From Eledone cirrhosa (Eukaryota), in NCBI GenBank assembly GCA_964016885.1, contig OZ024742.1, positions 88,350,001 to 88,414,000 on the forward strand: 64,000 nucleotides of DNA, written 5' to 3'. Within the stretch, counting starts at the first letter, position 1. Each line of letters starts with the position of its first letter. The notes beneath the pieces are model-generated. The model ran no database searches, was not told the DNA's origin, and saw nothing but the letters and a program-made list of their open reading frames with translations. Positions 1-13,544 of the stretch are shown here, one piece after another. A program made the translations under genes and the position numbers.

Positions 1-1919
1 TTGGACAGCTTGAAGGGAAAGAAAGAGGCAACGACTTGATACCTGAGGCGGAACAAACCAAGACATTCTGCAGAGGAATATGGGAGCAGGATGTTAAACA
101 TAATGACAAGGCAGTGTGGATTGAGACAGTACAAAAGAAGATTAGTGAACAGACACATCAACAAATTGATTTGAGCATCACAGTTGAAACTCTTAAGACG
201 CTGGCAAAAATCTAACCAACTGGAAATCACCAGGCCCAGATGGTATGTAGGGGTATTGGAGGTATCTTCTAGGGAGATAGTCTGTCCCCTCTGTTGTTTG
301 TCCTTGCCCTGATGCCCCTGACCATTATACTGCGAAAAGTGAGAGCAGAATACAAGTTGGGAAAGGGAGAGCTTACCATCAATCACCTCCTCCTAATGAA
401 CGAACTTAAGCTCTTCGGGAAGAGTGAGAAGGAGTTGGATGTGCTTGTTGACACTGTCCGCATTTTCAGCAATGATATAAGTATGCAATTTGGTATTAGT
501 AAGTGTGGAGTCATTGTGATGAAGAGGGGTAAATTGAGCAGAAGCAACGGAATGCAGGTACCAACAGGTGAGATGATAAAGGAAATTGATACTGAAGAAG
601 GATACAAGTATTTGGGTGTTCTGGAGGCTGATGACATCAAGAACAAAAAAATGAAGGAATTGATAAGATCTGAATACATTCGGAGAGTAAGGAGCGTATT
701 AAAGTCACATCTGAACAGTAGGAATGCCATAAGTGCAGTAAATTCCGCAGCTGTGTTACTATTATTAGGTACAGTGCGGGAATTCTGAGATGGAATCTTG
801 CTGAACAAAATGAAATGGATAGGAAGACTAGGAAGCTATTGACTATCTACAACATGTTCCACAAGAGGAGTGATGTCGATAGACTCTACTTAAGGAGATC
901 TGAAGGTGGAAGAGGTCGTATCAGCATAGAGGACTGTGTTCAGATGGAGAAAAACAACCTACACAAATACGTGGCTGATAGTATGGAGCCAATGCTCAGA
1001 ACTGTACTGAAGGAGAGGACAATAGACCAGGGGATGTCCAATGAGGAAATAACAAAAAGGAGGAAGAGCAGCCTTCAGGAAAAATCCCTTCATAGTACCT
1101 TCTTTGAGAAAACTGAATTCAGAGATCCACAGACATGGAACTGGTTGAACAGAGGAGACCTTAATAAGGCTACAGAAGGAATGTTAATGGCTGCGCAAGA
1201 GCAGGCCCTCAAAACGAAGTGGTTGAAACACCATATTTACAAGGAGGAGGTTAGCCCACTGTGCAGGATCTGTGGAGTGAGAGAGGAGACTGTGGCTCAC
1301 ATTGTATCCGAGTGTAAACACCTAGCCCAGACTCACTATAAGGGCTGGAGGCATGATGCGATGGGCAGGGTGATCCACTGGCACCTATTCAAAGTAAACA
1401 ATTTACCACATACTGAGAAGTGGTATGAGCATAAGCCAGAGACGGTGACAGAAAACGATCAGGTGAAGGTGCTGTGGGATTTTAGGATACAGACGGACAA
1501 GAAACTGGAACACAATAGACCTGTCCTTGTGGTTTTGGACAAAGAAAAAAGATCGTGCCTGATTGTGGATGTGACCTGCCCATTCGACACGAGAGTGCAA
1601 GAGAAGGAGAAGGAGAAAATTAACCGATACCAGGACTTAAAGTGGGAGGTAAAAAGGATTTGGAACTGCCATGAAGTCAAAGTGGTCCCGATTGTCATAG
1701 GCGCACTAGGTACTATCTCAAAAAGTTTCCAGGGATGGTTAAAGAAAATTGGCCCCTTCACGCTTTTTGGAACGCTTCAAAAAGCATGCTGGCTGGGAAA
1801 AGCAAGAACCCTCCGATACGTCCTGAATATCTGAGGCTGCAGGTAGTGGCTTGATATTCATTTCAACAAACTTTCCAGTTAACTAACATCAATGACTGAG
1901 ATTCAAAGAACAATAACAA

Positions 1920-1975
<56 letters not shown>
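1..1975 (+). mobile_element. Decayed non-LTR retrotransposon with C-terminal restriction-like endonuclease (Dong/R4-like); continues past the left edge of the window
   Basis: RT motifs WKSPGPDG (about 221-244), GIF*GDSLSPLLF (about 261-299), degenerate HLLLMNELKLF (normally YMDD) and YKYLGV. CCHC knuckle CRICGVREETVAHIVSEC, then RHD and RP(V)LVV..IVDVTCPFD..EKINRY (RLE). Short 3' UTR followed by a (TAA)n tail at about 1907-1975. Confidence 0.9.
815..1834 (+). pseudogene. C-terminal ORF segment of the RLE LINE (thumb, zinc knuckle, RLE nuclease)
   Basis: 339 aa ORF with GGRG, CCHC knuckle, RHD and a PD-(D/E)xK-like region. The catalytic RPD reads RPV. Frameshifted relative to the 294-788 RT segment. 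Confidence 0.85.
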
Positions 1976-1976
<1 letters not shown>

Positions 1977-2066
1977 TTGTTTCTATTTTTGGAACAAGGC
2001 CATCAATTATCCAGTGTATTACTGGTACTTTATTTTATCGACCCCGTAAGGATGAAAGGCAAAATT
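1975..2066 (-). mobile_element. 3' half of a tRNA-derived SINE (same family as 15763-15960)
   Basis: The reverse complement reads ...gcctttcatccttacggggtcgataaaataaagtaccagtaat...agaaacaatt, near-identical to 15869-15955. Confidence 0.85.
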
Positions 2067-4680
2067 TCATTTATTGACCACAAGGGCCGACTTATAGGGG
2101 ACAATAAAAAAGACTTGGACAATGGGGATTTACATATACATATATACGTGTAAACAATATAAATAATAATAACAAAGTAACATGAAAATACAACAAGAAA
2201 AATTCCCCAACAGGGGGGATTACTACTCAGGGTTCACTCAGCTACGCCACTAATCCTGAACGACCCAACGCTTCGAGAGCATCCGGGAAGGGCACCTCTC
2301 TCCTCCTCAAATGTATCCACCTACAAGCGTATGATCAAAGTAGCCCACTCACACGGGCCATTCTCGCCACATTCACCCACTTTTCAGCAAATGTACTTGG
2401 GGAAGCACTTCTCCCTCCACCCTCACCTTCCTTTCCAAGTGAAACTTGAAAAAGTTGATGAGGGATTGGCCGAAGAGAAAAGTGTCTGTCTCCAGTCCTT
2501 TCAACCTAGTCCAACATACAACCTCTTTCGCTACTGCTACCAGACAGAGGAAAATTGCCTGCCCTTATGGCCAAAAGAAGGCGGCGAGTCGATCTTCACT
2601 GTGGACTCGGCCGATAGTCGTATCAGATCTACACGCACAACAGCTGTTCGACATAACTCCACGAGTCAGTAATACACGAACACTGGACGAGTGCGTGCAG
2701 AACGGTTTCGTCGCTCTGCGCGCATCTCGGGCAGGTCCCTCTGACAGCACTTCCGTGCCTGTATAGTTTATCTCGAATCGGCAGTACCCCTCCATGTAGC
2801 ACTGCCAAGCGAGGGATTTTGGGAAATTATCCTTCGTCCCTGGCTCGAAAGTCCCCCAGAACAGACTGCTTAGTTCAACTTCGACGACGGCCAGAGCCTC
2901 TCTGAGTAGTCGTCGCACTGGTCAACCACTAATCCTCTATAGAACTCGAGAGTGGAAGTTCCACTGACCGCATTGCCCGCATTGTAGAGGGCAGTGAGTG
3001 CCTGGAAATATTCCAGATACCAGTCACCCAGTTTCAGTCTCTTCTTGACCCAGGACTCCAGCTCAGTCAAAGAGACGAGCTGCGGAAAGGCCCGTCTGAC
3101 AAACGGCGGTCCACACCTGTTCACTCTTTAGGCAGAATATCTGGAGATGCCGCAGCCCCAGCGCGTGTCTGTGGTCATTAGGCACGGCATTCCCAGCCCT
3201 CCAGGCAGAGGGTGCTGGCAGCAGATGGACAGCCTCACCAGCGGAACCTGCCCTCTCCACAATAAGTTGGTGATGCGCGAACGGGAGAAAGGGGCGACGG
3301 TCAGGCGGTAGCAGATGACGGACGCAGTGTACGCGTTCGCCACCTCCACCAAACCAAATCCTCGACGACAAGCGCTAACCTCTTCGCTAACACCTTGGCC
3401 AAAATCTTAAACTCTGTGTTGCGCAGAGTTAAAGGCCTTAAATTGTCTAATGTGTCCCCCTTGTTCTTGTCTTTCCTTATCAGCGTCAATACGCCCTGGC
3501 TCACAGCACTGGAAATATTCCCGTTCTGCTGCCATATTTACGTATAGCTCGTAGTGCAGACCATCCAAACCGGGTGACTTGCGCCCCATGCAGCCGACAA
3601 GGTCATCCTGAATCTCGGTTGAGGTAATCGTTATTTCGCAGCGCTCAGCGTTGGCCGCCGAGAGTTGCGGCAATCCATCGACGTAGGGACAGAAGTCCGC
3701 CACCGTTTCTGACCCGCCACTTCCGCGAAACAACCGAGCAAAATGTTGGCGAAAGACCTCACACATCCGCTTGGAATCGCTCAGCTCATGGCCATATCGG
3801 TCCGTCGAAGACCGAATTGTGGTTTTATTACTACGCTGCGCCTTGGTCACGCGGGACCATCGAACTGCTTTGGTTCCCTCGTTTCTCAGAGCACACGCCT
3901 TTGCTCTGACAATATAACCTTCGTGTTTCGCATTGACGAAATGATCTAATGCCATTCTCGCCGCTAACACGTTAGTTGCAATGCTAGCCTCGTCTAACTT
4001 ATCTGCCAATCCCCCTCTCTTCTATTTTTCTCTAACGCTACTTCTTTGCTAAACTCTATTGACATTAATTCTAATCTCTCTTTTGAGAGTCCTCCACCCT
4101 CTATTGTTGACGACTCCTTCTGTCAACCTTTTATTAACTAAATTGTTGACCCGCTCCCTGTAAGCCAAACGAAACAATGTGACCTTTTGCCCACGGTCAT
4201 AATGTGAATGACCGTCCTATTCGGAAGAGGGATGTGGTCCGGGATCGTTTTGACATTCTTCGGTCTGATTTGGAGAAGTATCTCCAGGTCAACCGCGGAC
4301 CAGATCTGTCTGGCAGTTTGTGTTACTTCTATGGGGACGGTGTCCATCCCCTCCACAATCACACATCCCAAAAGCCACCACATGTTAAGTCCTGGTGGGA
4401 TTCTTGGAATGCGAAGACGGGCCTTTCTTTTTCCCATGTGAGGAGGATACATTATGACCTTGCTGGTTTTGCAATGTGTCTTAGCGAGGGTTTCTGACTT
4501 AAACAGCATCGAAAAGGTGCCGTATTGTCTGTCGCTCCCTATGTATTCGGTGTCATCCCTGATGTCATCCCTGATGCACCCCAGCCCGACTTCGGCATCT
4601 GCTTGTGGAATTAAAGCTGCCCTCTTTATTTTGCTTAGATGCATCTGTAATGCACCGTTCTGCGCTCCACTGCTTCAATA
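2067..4680 (-). mobile_element. Decayed L1/Tx1-like LINE with internal deletions
   Basis: RT N-terminal motifs RKSPGLDGLHYELY and GVLTLIRKD..NLRPLTLRNTEFKILAKVLAKRL; post-RT LLWRG...HPLPGGLGMP; ORF1-like 168 aa (4138-4644) ending in a knuckle remnant (HCFV); minus-strand AATAAA at 2070-2075. Confidence 0.8.
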
Positions 4681-4885
4681 GCTTCTACCAGGATAGTTAG
4701 GTTGGCCCAGGTTTGCTTGATGAGTTTCCAGGCCTGGGGCAACTTAACATCTGTAGCATGGAGAAGACCACGTGGCTGAAACTGGTACGATAAATTCCTT
4801 TTGTATAATTAAATGTGTTGGTGTTATTTTATGAGAAAATTCCATTGGCATTTTCTACTGTTGTTTTCTTGTTGTTTTCTTGTTG

Positions 4886-4940
<55 letters not shown>

Positions 4941-5949
4941 AAAGCGTCTAACAAAGCAACTCAATAATCTTTGCGCATATCTATTGAAAGTATGTATATA
5001 TTTGTTGGGGTTTCGGCCTTTCGGCTACCGATATATTACTACATTGAATTATAGAGACATATGTGATAGTGTTGTGAATATATTTGTATCCACATATATA
5101 CACACAAACATATTGATATAAATATATTTGGTTGAAGTGAGAGTGAAACTGAGAGAGGGAAAAAGAGATTAATTTCAATGCAATTTAATATTAAAGAAAT
5201 ATATATATATTTTTATATCATATATATATATATATGCATGCCTCTGTAAAATGAGTATACCCATATATGAGCCTATGTCAAAATGCAAACTTACCTTTAC
5301 ATACGTAAATATAAACAAACATGCGGAGGAAGAAATTAACATGGAAGTAGTTTGATATTCCAAAGACATGCGTACTTATAATTCCATCCTAAGTGAGATT
5401 GAAACGTTACACAATGTGTGACAAGGCTAGTCATTTGATAACCTTCTTTCGAACATTTGTTTCGAGCCATTTTCACTGACAATCACGTGTCGACCCGAGG
5501 ATATGGTAAAGGACATATGACGAAGATGTCACATGATGGTTAAAAACCAGGATCGAAAGATTTCGAAGCGAAATTATTCACCATTTAACAATGAAGCGAA
5601 CACATATACCTGCGTATAGGCATAGTTACAAACGCAGCAACGTATTTGCATTGATAACTATTTACGTCCTTAAATTCGTACATATACATATAAGCTTTTT
5701 ATCTACTCAGTACTAATTGGATTTATTTCTACCGAAAATATTTCTAAAATACTGTCATGAAAATATTTCTCTGAATTACTTTCACTAGATTTTTGCTTCA
5801 GTTTACTTTTCTTTTAAAGTAATTTGAGTACACACATACAAATGTAAACGCCGCCTCCCCTACTGACATAACAACACACACAGACACACACACACACACA
5901 CAAATATATATATATATGTGTGTGTGGGTGTGTGTGTGTTAAAATACAT

Positions 5950-6800
5950 TAAACTCTCACACCTGGGCGAGAAAACAAAACCACCAACGCTATCCGCAGG
6001 GCTATACGGAAAGAGGGCCTCGACATCCTCCAGGCGCACTCGGGCCCCTCCCTACGGAGATGCCTCTCCAGGAAACCCGGGAAATCGACTGTCGCGTGTT
6101 CCCTCATAAACTTTTGATGCGCCATACGCACATACGTTGTATGCAAGGTAGAATGTGACAAGTGCAACCACTACTATATCGGTAGCACAATCCGGCTGCT
6201 ACATATTCGCACATCAACACCAGGGCCTCGTCTTTCCGGAAACACATAACCAAATGCGGAAACAAAGACGGAAGTTCCAATGTCACAGTGCTAGCGACAG
6301 AATGCAACGTCGGCACGTTACGAATCAAGGAAGCACTTAGGATCAAACGCCTAGGACCACAAATAAATAACCGATCCAAGAGAAGCGAGATGTGGTGGCT
6401 GGTGTAAACAAACGAGACAACAACACACGCGCACACACAGTGGCATTCGAACGATTGTTATTGTGTGTTTAGCGCCCAACCATCCATCGACCAACAAGCG
6501 ACCAGACATACTACTACACTGCTAATACCAAAGACCAGTACATATAGGTAGTACACTGAATTGACAGCTAACGGCATCCCACTCCCACAATAAAAAGGAA
6601 CTGCTTTGACCTTTGCTTGACCGCACCAATTCCACGCGCAGGTGTGCTCTACAGAATACCTCAGTTACACACAAACAGCGGACAACAGAGGCCACGTACC
6701 GTTCCTCTCCAACAGATAAATCGCCCCCCCCCCCCCCCGCCGGAAACCCCCACCCCCTCAGTTGTTGGATGCGAATCTGAAATATAGGGACAATTAAATC
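5950..6800 (+). mobile_element. Penelope-like element fragment (GIY-YIG end plus 3' UTR)
   Basis: About 6130-6408 reads, across a frameshift, YVVCKVECDKCNHYYIGSTIRLLHIR...SSFRKHITKC...LRIKEALRIKRLGPQIN. Related to the GIY-YIG at 59514-59762. Outer limits approximate. Confidence 0.75.
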
Positions 6801-6972
6801 TTTCCCAAGGTAACTCTATCTCGTGTTGTTATTTTTATTTTTTAAGCTCTTTCCTACGTTCCTCTACACACAATACATCTCGTTGTACATTCCCTTACAT
6901 CTCTCTCTTCACCACCAGATTTTGTTACCCGGGGATTTACCCATCTGCATTGTTGAGGCTTCCAAAACTAAC

Positions 6973-7011
<39 letters not shown>

Positions 7012-7151
7012 ATGCTTTGGGAGGGTGATGTTGCCAATAAGAAACACACGTGCTTCAGTCCAATTTATTATAAATTAAATTTATAAATTTAAGAATTTAT
7101 AAATTTCCGGTTGGTTGGTTGGTTCCATAACCGGACGGTTGTTCATATATT

Positions 7152-7194
7152 GTCAAAGTTCTTTCGTCACACGTTATGTGACCTCTTCACTGAC
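7152..7194 (-). ncRNA. Minimal type I hammerhead motif in the PLE 3' region (core mutated)
   Basis: GUCA-GUGAAGA-G-GUCACAU aac GUGUGAC-GAAA-GAACUU-UGAC. C3 reads G in this copy. Confidence 0.6.
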
Positions 7195-10046
7195 TGAGGA
7201 TTATTTTCTTTGTGTTGTGCCTCTCCTTTGTTCTGTCCTATGCCATCTTGTTTTTGTGTGTGTTGTGTGCTTAGTTTACGCATGTGTTACATCCGGGTGT
7301 TTGTGTGTGTTTTTATTTGTTTATTTATTTGTTTATTTACATGTTACTGGTTGGTTGTTTGTTCTATGTCTGTGTGTGTTTTCATTTTGTCCTTAATTGT
7401 AACTTGTGATGTTGCTATTCCATTCATGTTCTCTATTTAATGTTGGTTGGAGTTCATTTATGTTTATTGCCTTTGTAATTTGTCTAAACATTGCGTCTTT
7501 TCTGTGTGTAGATTCTATTTTTATTTCTATGTTCTCTAATTCGCCCTTATTTTCTATTTTAGCATGTTGGTAGAGAATTGATGATTCTCTTTTATCTTGA
7601 TGTTCTCGCCAGTGTTCATTTAACCGTTCTCCTATACTACGAGCTGTCTCACCTATATACACTATATTCTTATCTTTACATTGTCCTTCAGTACATCTTA
7701 TGCTATATACTACATTTCTAGTTTTACAGTTAATATGGGGGCTTAGTTTACAGATTATGCATTTCTTATCTATACAGGGAGGTCTTTGAAAAGGGAATGT
7801 ATTGCTAATATGTGTTTTTATGGAGGTACCTGGTATTTCTACTATATTAATATTAAGTTTATGTTCATTCTAAATTTGTAAGCATATTCACCTCTACGGG
7901 TTGTACTGATGAACATTACACTCTGGTATTTATTGCTATCATATCATGAGTTTATTCTATTAAACTTATTCCTAGTTCTTTCTATTCTATTCCAAATTGT
8001 GCTCCTATACAAGGGGCAGGTCCCATTTCTATCATTATTTACCATTTTTTCCCATTTGGTTCTGGCTCCTCTATATACTCTGATTTTATCTCTCTGATTG
8101 TAACCGGTGAACTGCATACGGTGGATGAATTGTTGTATGTGTCTCTCTAGTTCTTTGGGGTTGCACATGCGGGATACATTTCTCATCACCCGTACCAATC
8201 CGCAATCAGTATGTTGATTTTGGTGTGATCCGAAACCGCTGAGTTTCAGTGGATCAGATATTTGGAAGTCATGGGTTTGGCATAATGGGAATGGAAGACT
8301 CCTACTTAAACTTAACTATAGTAATGATTATCTAGATACATATGACCTTCGCAACCTGTTCCCTACAAGACCAGAAAGTGGCAGACCACCTACCATTACC
8401 TCAATGGCCAAGAAAACCCACACAGAAAGATGGAACGGGTGGACCAGAGCCATACGGACCCCGGAAAACAACGATTAACTAAAGAAAATGATTGCACATG
8501 CGGTGGGGCCAGTATACAATTAACCCTTAAGGAACATATGTTCAAATTTAATGGAAAATCATATGCCCAAGAGGAGGGAGCAGCCATTGGAGTTAGCATT
8601 GCAGGTGATATAGCTAACCTATTCATGGTATAGTGGGACAATAAACTTATATTTAATCTTAAAGAACAATTAGAAGACAGCAACCTCTTAAACCTGATAA
8701 AATACTCCCTCTACGTTGATGATATAAACATCGTAATAAAAACACCCCCACTAGAGAACAGTCAGGAATTGGAGAAAAACAGCATGGAAAGCATCCAGCA
8801 AATAGCTAACTCCATCCACCAGTGTATTAGAGTTACTATAGACTACGCAATATACACCCAAACCATCGATTACGTGTACTAGACACAGAGCTCTGGTTAG
8901 AAACCATTAATAACAAAAAACAAATCTTCCATTCCCATTATACCAAACCCATGACTTCCAAATATCTTATCCACCGAATCTCAGCTGTTTCGGATTAAAC
9001 TAAAATCAACATACTGATTGCGGATTTGGTACGGGTGATGAGAAACGTGTCCCGCATGTGCAACCCCAAAGAACTAGAGCGACATATACAACACTTCATC
9101 TACCGTATGCAGTTCTCTGGTTACAATCAGAGAGATAAAATCAGAGTATATAGAGGAGCCAGAACCAAATGGTAAAAAATGGTAAATAATGATACAAATG
9201 GGACCTGCGCCTTGTATAGGAGCACATTTTTGAATAGAATAAAAAAAAACTAGGAATAAGATTAATAGAATAAACTCATGGTATGATAGCAATAAATACC
9301 AGAGTGTAATGTTTATCAATACAACCCCTAGAGTTTAATTAGCTTACACATTAAGAAGGGCCCTAGATAAATATGAACTCAATATTAAGATAGTATAAAG
9401 AGCAGGTACCTCCATAAAAAACACATATTAGCAAAACATACCCTTTTCAAAGGCCTCCCTGTATAGATAAGAAATGCATAATTTGTAAACTAAGCCCCCA
9501 TATTAACTGTAAAACTAGAAATGTAGTATATATAGCATAAGATGTACTGAAGGGCAATGTAAAGATAAGAATATAGTGTATATAGGTGAGACAGTTCGTA
9601 GTATAGGAGAACGGTTAAATGAACACTGGCGAGAATTTCAAGATAAAAAAGAATCATCATTACTACACCAACATGCTAAAATAGAACATAAGGGCAAATT
9701 AGAGAACATAGAAATAAAAATAGAATCTACACACAGAAAAGACGCAATGTTTAGACTATACCAGAGGCAATAAACATAAATGAACTCCAACCAACATTAA
9801 ATAGAGAACATGAATGGAATAGCAACATCACAAGTTACAATTAAGGACAAAATGAAAACACACACACACACACATAGAACAAGCAACCAACCAGTAACAT
9901 GTAAATAAACAAATAAATAAACAAATAAAAACACACACAGACACCCGGATGTAACACATACGCAAACTAAGCACACAACACACACAAAAATAAGAAGGCG
10001 TAGGACAGAACAAAGGAGAGGCACAAAACAAAAAAAATAATCCCAA

Positions 10047-10089
10047 GTAACTGAAGAGGTCACAGAATGTGTAACGAAAGAACTTTGAC
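10047..10089 (+). ncRNA. Minimal type I hammerhead motif in the PLE 3' region
   Basis: gtaa-CTGAAGA-ggtcaca gaa tgtgtaac-GAAA-gaactt-tgac. Core intact, stems slightly decayed; the consensus with the 7152-7194 copy restores all stems. Confidence 0.7.
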
Positions 10090-10297
10090 AATATATGAAC
10101 AACCGTCCGGTTATTGAACCAACCAACCGGAAATTTATAAATTCTTAAATTTATAATTTAATTTATAATAAATTGGAGTGAAACAACTGGTGCGTGTGTT
10201 TCTTATTGGCAACATGACCCTCCCAAAGTATAACAATATCGGTTTCAACACACGTGTTCAGATAAATAAAGAATCTTGCTAAACAAATTCAGAAACG

Positions 10298-10781
<484 letters not shown>

Positions 10782-11313
10782 GCTGTAACTAAGGATTACC
10801 GTAAAACTAATCGGTGCGTCATCAATGAAATCAACGATGCTGGGTATAAAATCACATCTGATCTCAACATCCTGGACCGGACCGAACCTCTGGACCCTAT
10901 CTCTCCCCACTTTACCCTGAAGGATCACAAATCCAATTTTCCGAACAACCCCTCTATTCGGCTTATTAACCCTACGAAGTCCGATTTAGGTAGACTTAGT
11001 AAAACGATTCTTGATAGAATTATACTTGAAATTAGAAGTTTGGCCCCTCTCGCACTGTGGAACAATTCTTTCGCGGTGATTGATTGGTTCAACGGCATAT
11101 GTAACAAGGAACATTGCCGTTTTATTCAATTCGACATCAACAATTACTACTCCTCCATCACTTTACCACTTCTCCTTAGAGCTATCGATTTCGCTAAACC
11201 ACTCACAGTGGTTATGGATTTTGAAGTTGATGTCATCCTTAATGCCCGAAAGTCGGTGATTAATTTCAACGACTCTATTTGGATTAAAAAATCCAATAGT
11301 ACCCCCATTCGAC

Positions 11314-12486
11314 GTGAGTATGGGCGCCAGTGACTCTGCGGAGGTTACTGATCTTATTGGCCTTTTCCTTCTTTTCTCTATCAAGGACGAATTCCCCAAC
11401 GCGGGCGGTGGTTTGTACCGTGACGATGGTCTTTTGACTATGACTGAGTGCGGACCTCGTGCTTGCGACATGTTCAGAAAAGAACTCACAGCCTTCTTTA
11501 AAGACTTCAACCTCTCTATACAGGTTGAGGCCAATCTCTCGGTCGTTAATTACCTCGACGTTGCCCTCAATTTATTGAATGGGTTGTATTACCCGTATAG
11601 AAAGCCGAATGATACGCTTAATTTCATAAGTAAGCATTCCAACCATCCTGCCAGCATAACCAAGAACCTGGTAAGAAACGTTTCGTTGAGGCTTTCCCGT
11701 CTTTCCACCAACGAGCGCATTTTCAACGACCATTCCACTTATTACAATGAAGCTCTTGCGCGAAGTGGATTTGTCGATAAGGTAGCATATACAGAGTACG
11801 AAAATAGACCTAGAAGAAGTAGATCCCGTCGCATTTGTTGGTTTAACCGACCATATAATATGGAGGTGGCCACACCATTAGCTAAGATCTTTCTTTCCCT
11901 TATTACGAAGCATTTTCCCCCTACACATAAATATAGTAAAATTTTTAATAGAAATACTATTAACATTTTTTACTCTGCGACTCCTAACCTTGCACATAAC
12001 ATCACACCTTCAAATTTAGCTAAACTACCTAGCCGTAGGAACACGTGCAACCCTGTAATTATTACTAACTGTAATTGTAGGAATCGGGCTGATTGCCCCC
12101 TATCCGGGAAATGCCTCTCTAGTAACATTGTCTACAAATGTAAGGTTGTAACACCCACGTCCGGTAGGGCCTACATAGGGTTAACCGCCAATAGTTTCAA
12201 GCAGCGTCTTTACATGCATACCCATTCTTTTCGTTACCCTCTAAGAAGGAATATGACGTCACTTTCAGCTTATATCTGGAGTCTAAAAGACAACCACACC
12301 CGATCTAGGGCTAGATCGTATAACGGAAATAAAAGACCATGTGACCTCTGCGCCGCTGAGGCCCTGGAAATACTCTACGCTACAGACCACATCTTAAACA
12401 AAAAGTCTGAGGCAATTTCGGCTTGTAAACATAAATTGCACAAAACTTTCCTGTATTACAGCCCCACGTTATACCCTAACGGATAG
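11314..12486 (+). pseudogene. PLE ORF segment: RT core and thumb plus GIY-YIG endonuclease (390 aa)
   Basis: YRDD RT motif, Cys-rich linker and VY..YIG motif. The upstream RT part is in a different frame (11040-11333). Confidence 0.88.
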
Positions 12487-13070
12487 CACGATCTATACGT
12501 GGATATTTTACGTCTTGATGTGGGAGCTAAGTATATGTTTTGTTTATTCCTTTACTTATTTGCATAGGTAAGTATATATTACCCGTATGTTTTGTGAAGG
12601 TATGTATACCTTCTCGTACGTATATTTGACTGTTATAGCGTATAATTTTTACATATTCTGGTATTTAGGGTTTGGCTATGTGTATACGGGAGTTTTGCGC
12701 CCGCGTGAGTGTGCAGGTTCGTGCGTATGGTGGGTGTGTGTTTATGTGTACTTCTTGTTTTAGTTGACTTACGTCTCCGAACATTCGTGTATTTATATGT
12801 AGGTATGCGTGTGCGCTTGTTATATACGTATTTATTTACTTATATACGTTTATATAATTATTTATTTATTTGTACACAAGCATACACACACACACATATT
12901 TATATGTGCGTGGTTTTGTATACCCATGGTAAGGTTTTGCGTATGCTTGTGTATGTACGTATCTGTTTGCGTGTATGTATTTATTTGTTTCTATTACTTC
13001 TGTATTGTATTTATTTACTTTGTTCTAAACTCTGTAGCGGAGATTCATTTGGTCTCCTAGTTAGAATTTT

Positions 13071-13330
13071 AGTCTACGATTTCTGCTATACCATTTACGT
13101 GGTTTTGTCTTTGCGTACTATTGTTCTCCACGCCCCACATATGACTTATTATCTTCGTTTTTTCGTTCATTGCCAGAGAACGTCTCTATGCACCACCTAA
13201 GAGAACATTAGTCTACGACATCTTTTATACCATAAACGTGGTTTTGTCTTTGCGCGTAATTGTTTTTCACCGCTCCTATTAATGACGTATTATTCGTTTT
13301 TTTCCCATTCTTTGCCAGCGAACGTTACCA
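13071..13330 (+). repeat. Two diverged direct copies of about 140 bp in the PLE 3' UTR
   Basis: agtctacga...tatacca...acgtggttttgtctttgcg...cgttttt...ttgccag occurs at about 13071 and again at about 13210. Confidence 0.75.
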
Positions 13331-13403
13331 CGAACCAAAGTATCGTCTTCCTGTCTTCCTCCGGTTGCAACGTTTTTTGAAATGTCCAGTTCTGCGTTTA
13401 CAG

Positions 13404-13471
13404 ATTGACTTTGTTAGTTTCAGAAGATCCCGTTAAGGGTGAAAGCAGCGATTCTTTGCTTAAACTTTAAT
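13404..13471 (+). ncRNA. Type I hammerhead-like motif with variant core CAGAAGA
   Basis: agttt-CAGAAGA-t ccc gttaa ggg t-GAAA-gca gcgattctt tgc-tt-aaact. Stems I, II and III all pair; predicted triplet CUU. Confidence 0.65.
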
Positions 13472-13482
13472 CTGTTATTTTA

Positions 13483-13544
<62 letters not shown>

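Larger units (their letters stand above)
10780..13490 (+). mobile_element. 5'-truncated Penelope-like element (RT, GIY-YIG, 3' UTR with hammerhead)
   Basis: TLKDHKSNFPNNPSIRLINP, FIQFDINNYYSSI, MGASDSAEVTDLIGL, GLYRDDGL, NYLDV, YRKPND, HSNHP, CNCRNRADCPLSGKCL, NIVYKC...AYIGLT..FKQRLYMH. Frameshift near 11300. Flanked by (TA)n. Confidence 0.93.

Noticed and set aside
5005-5040. Minus-strand gcc-gaaa-ggcc-GAAAC hairpin resembling hammerhead stem II
   Set aside because: No CUGANGA upstream and no convincing stems I or III.
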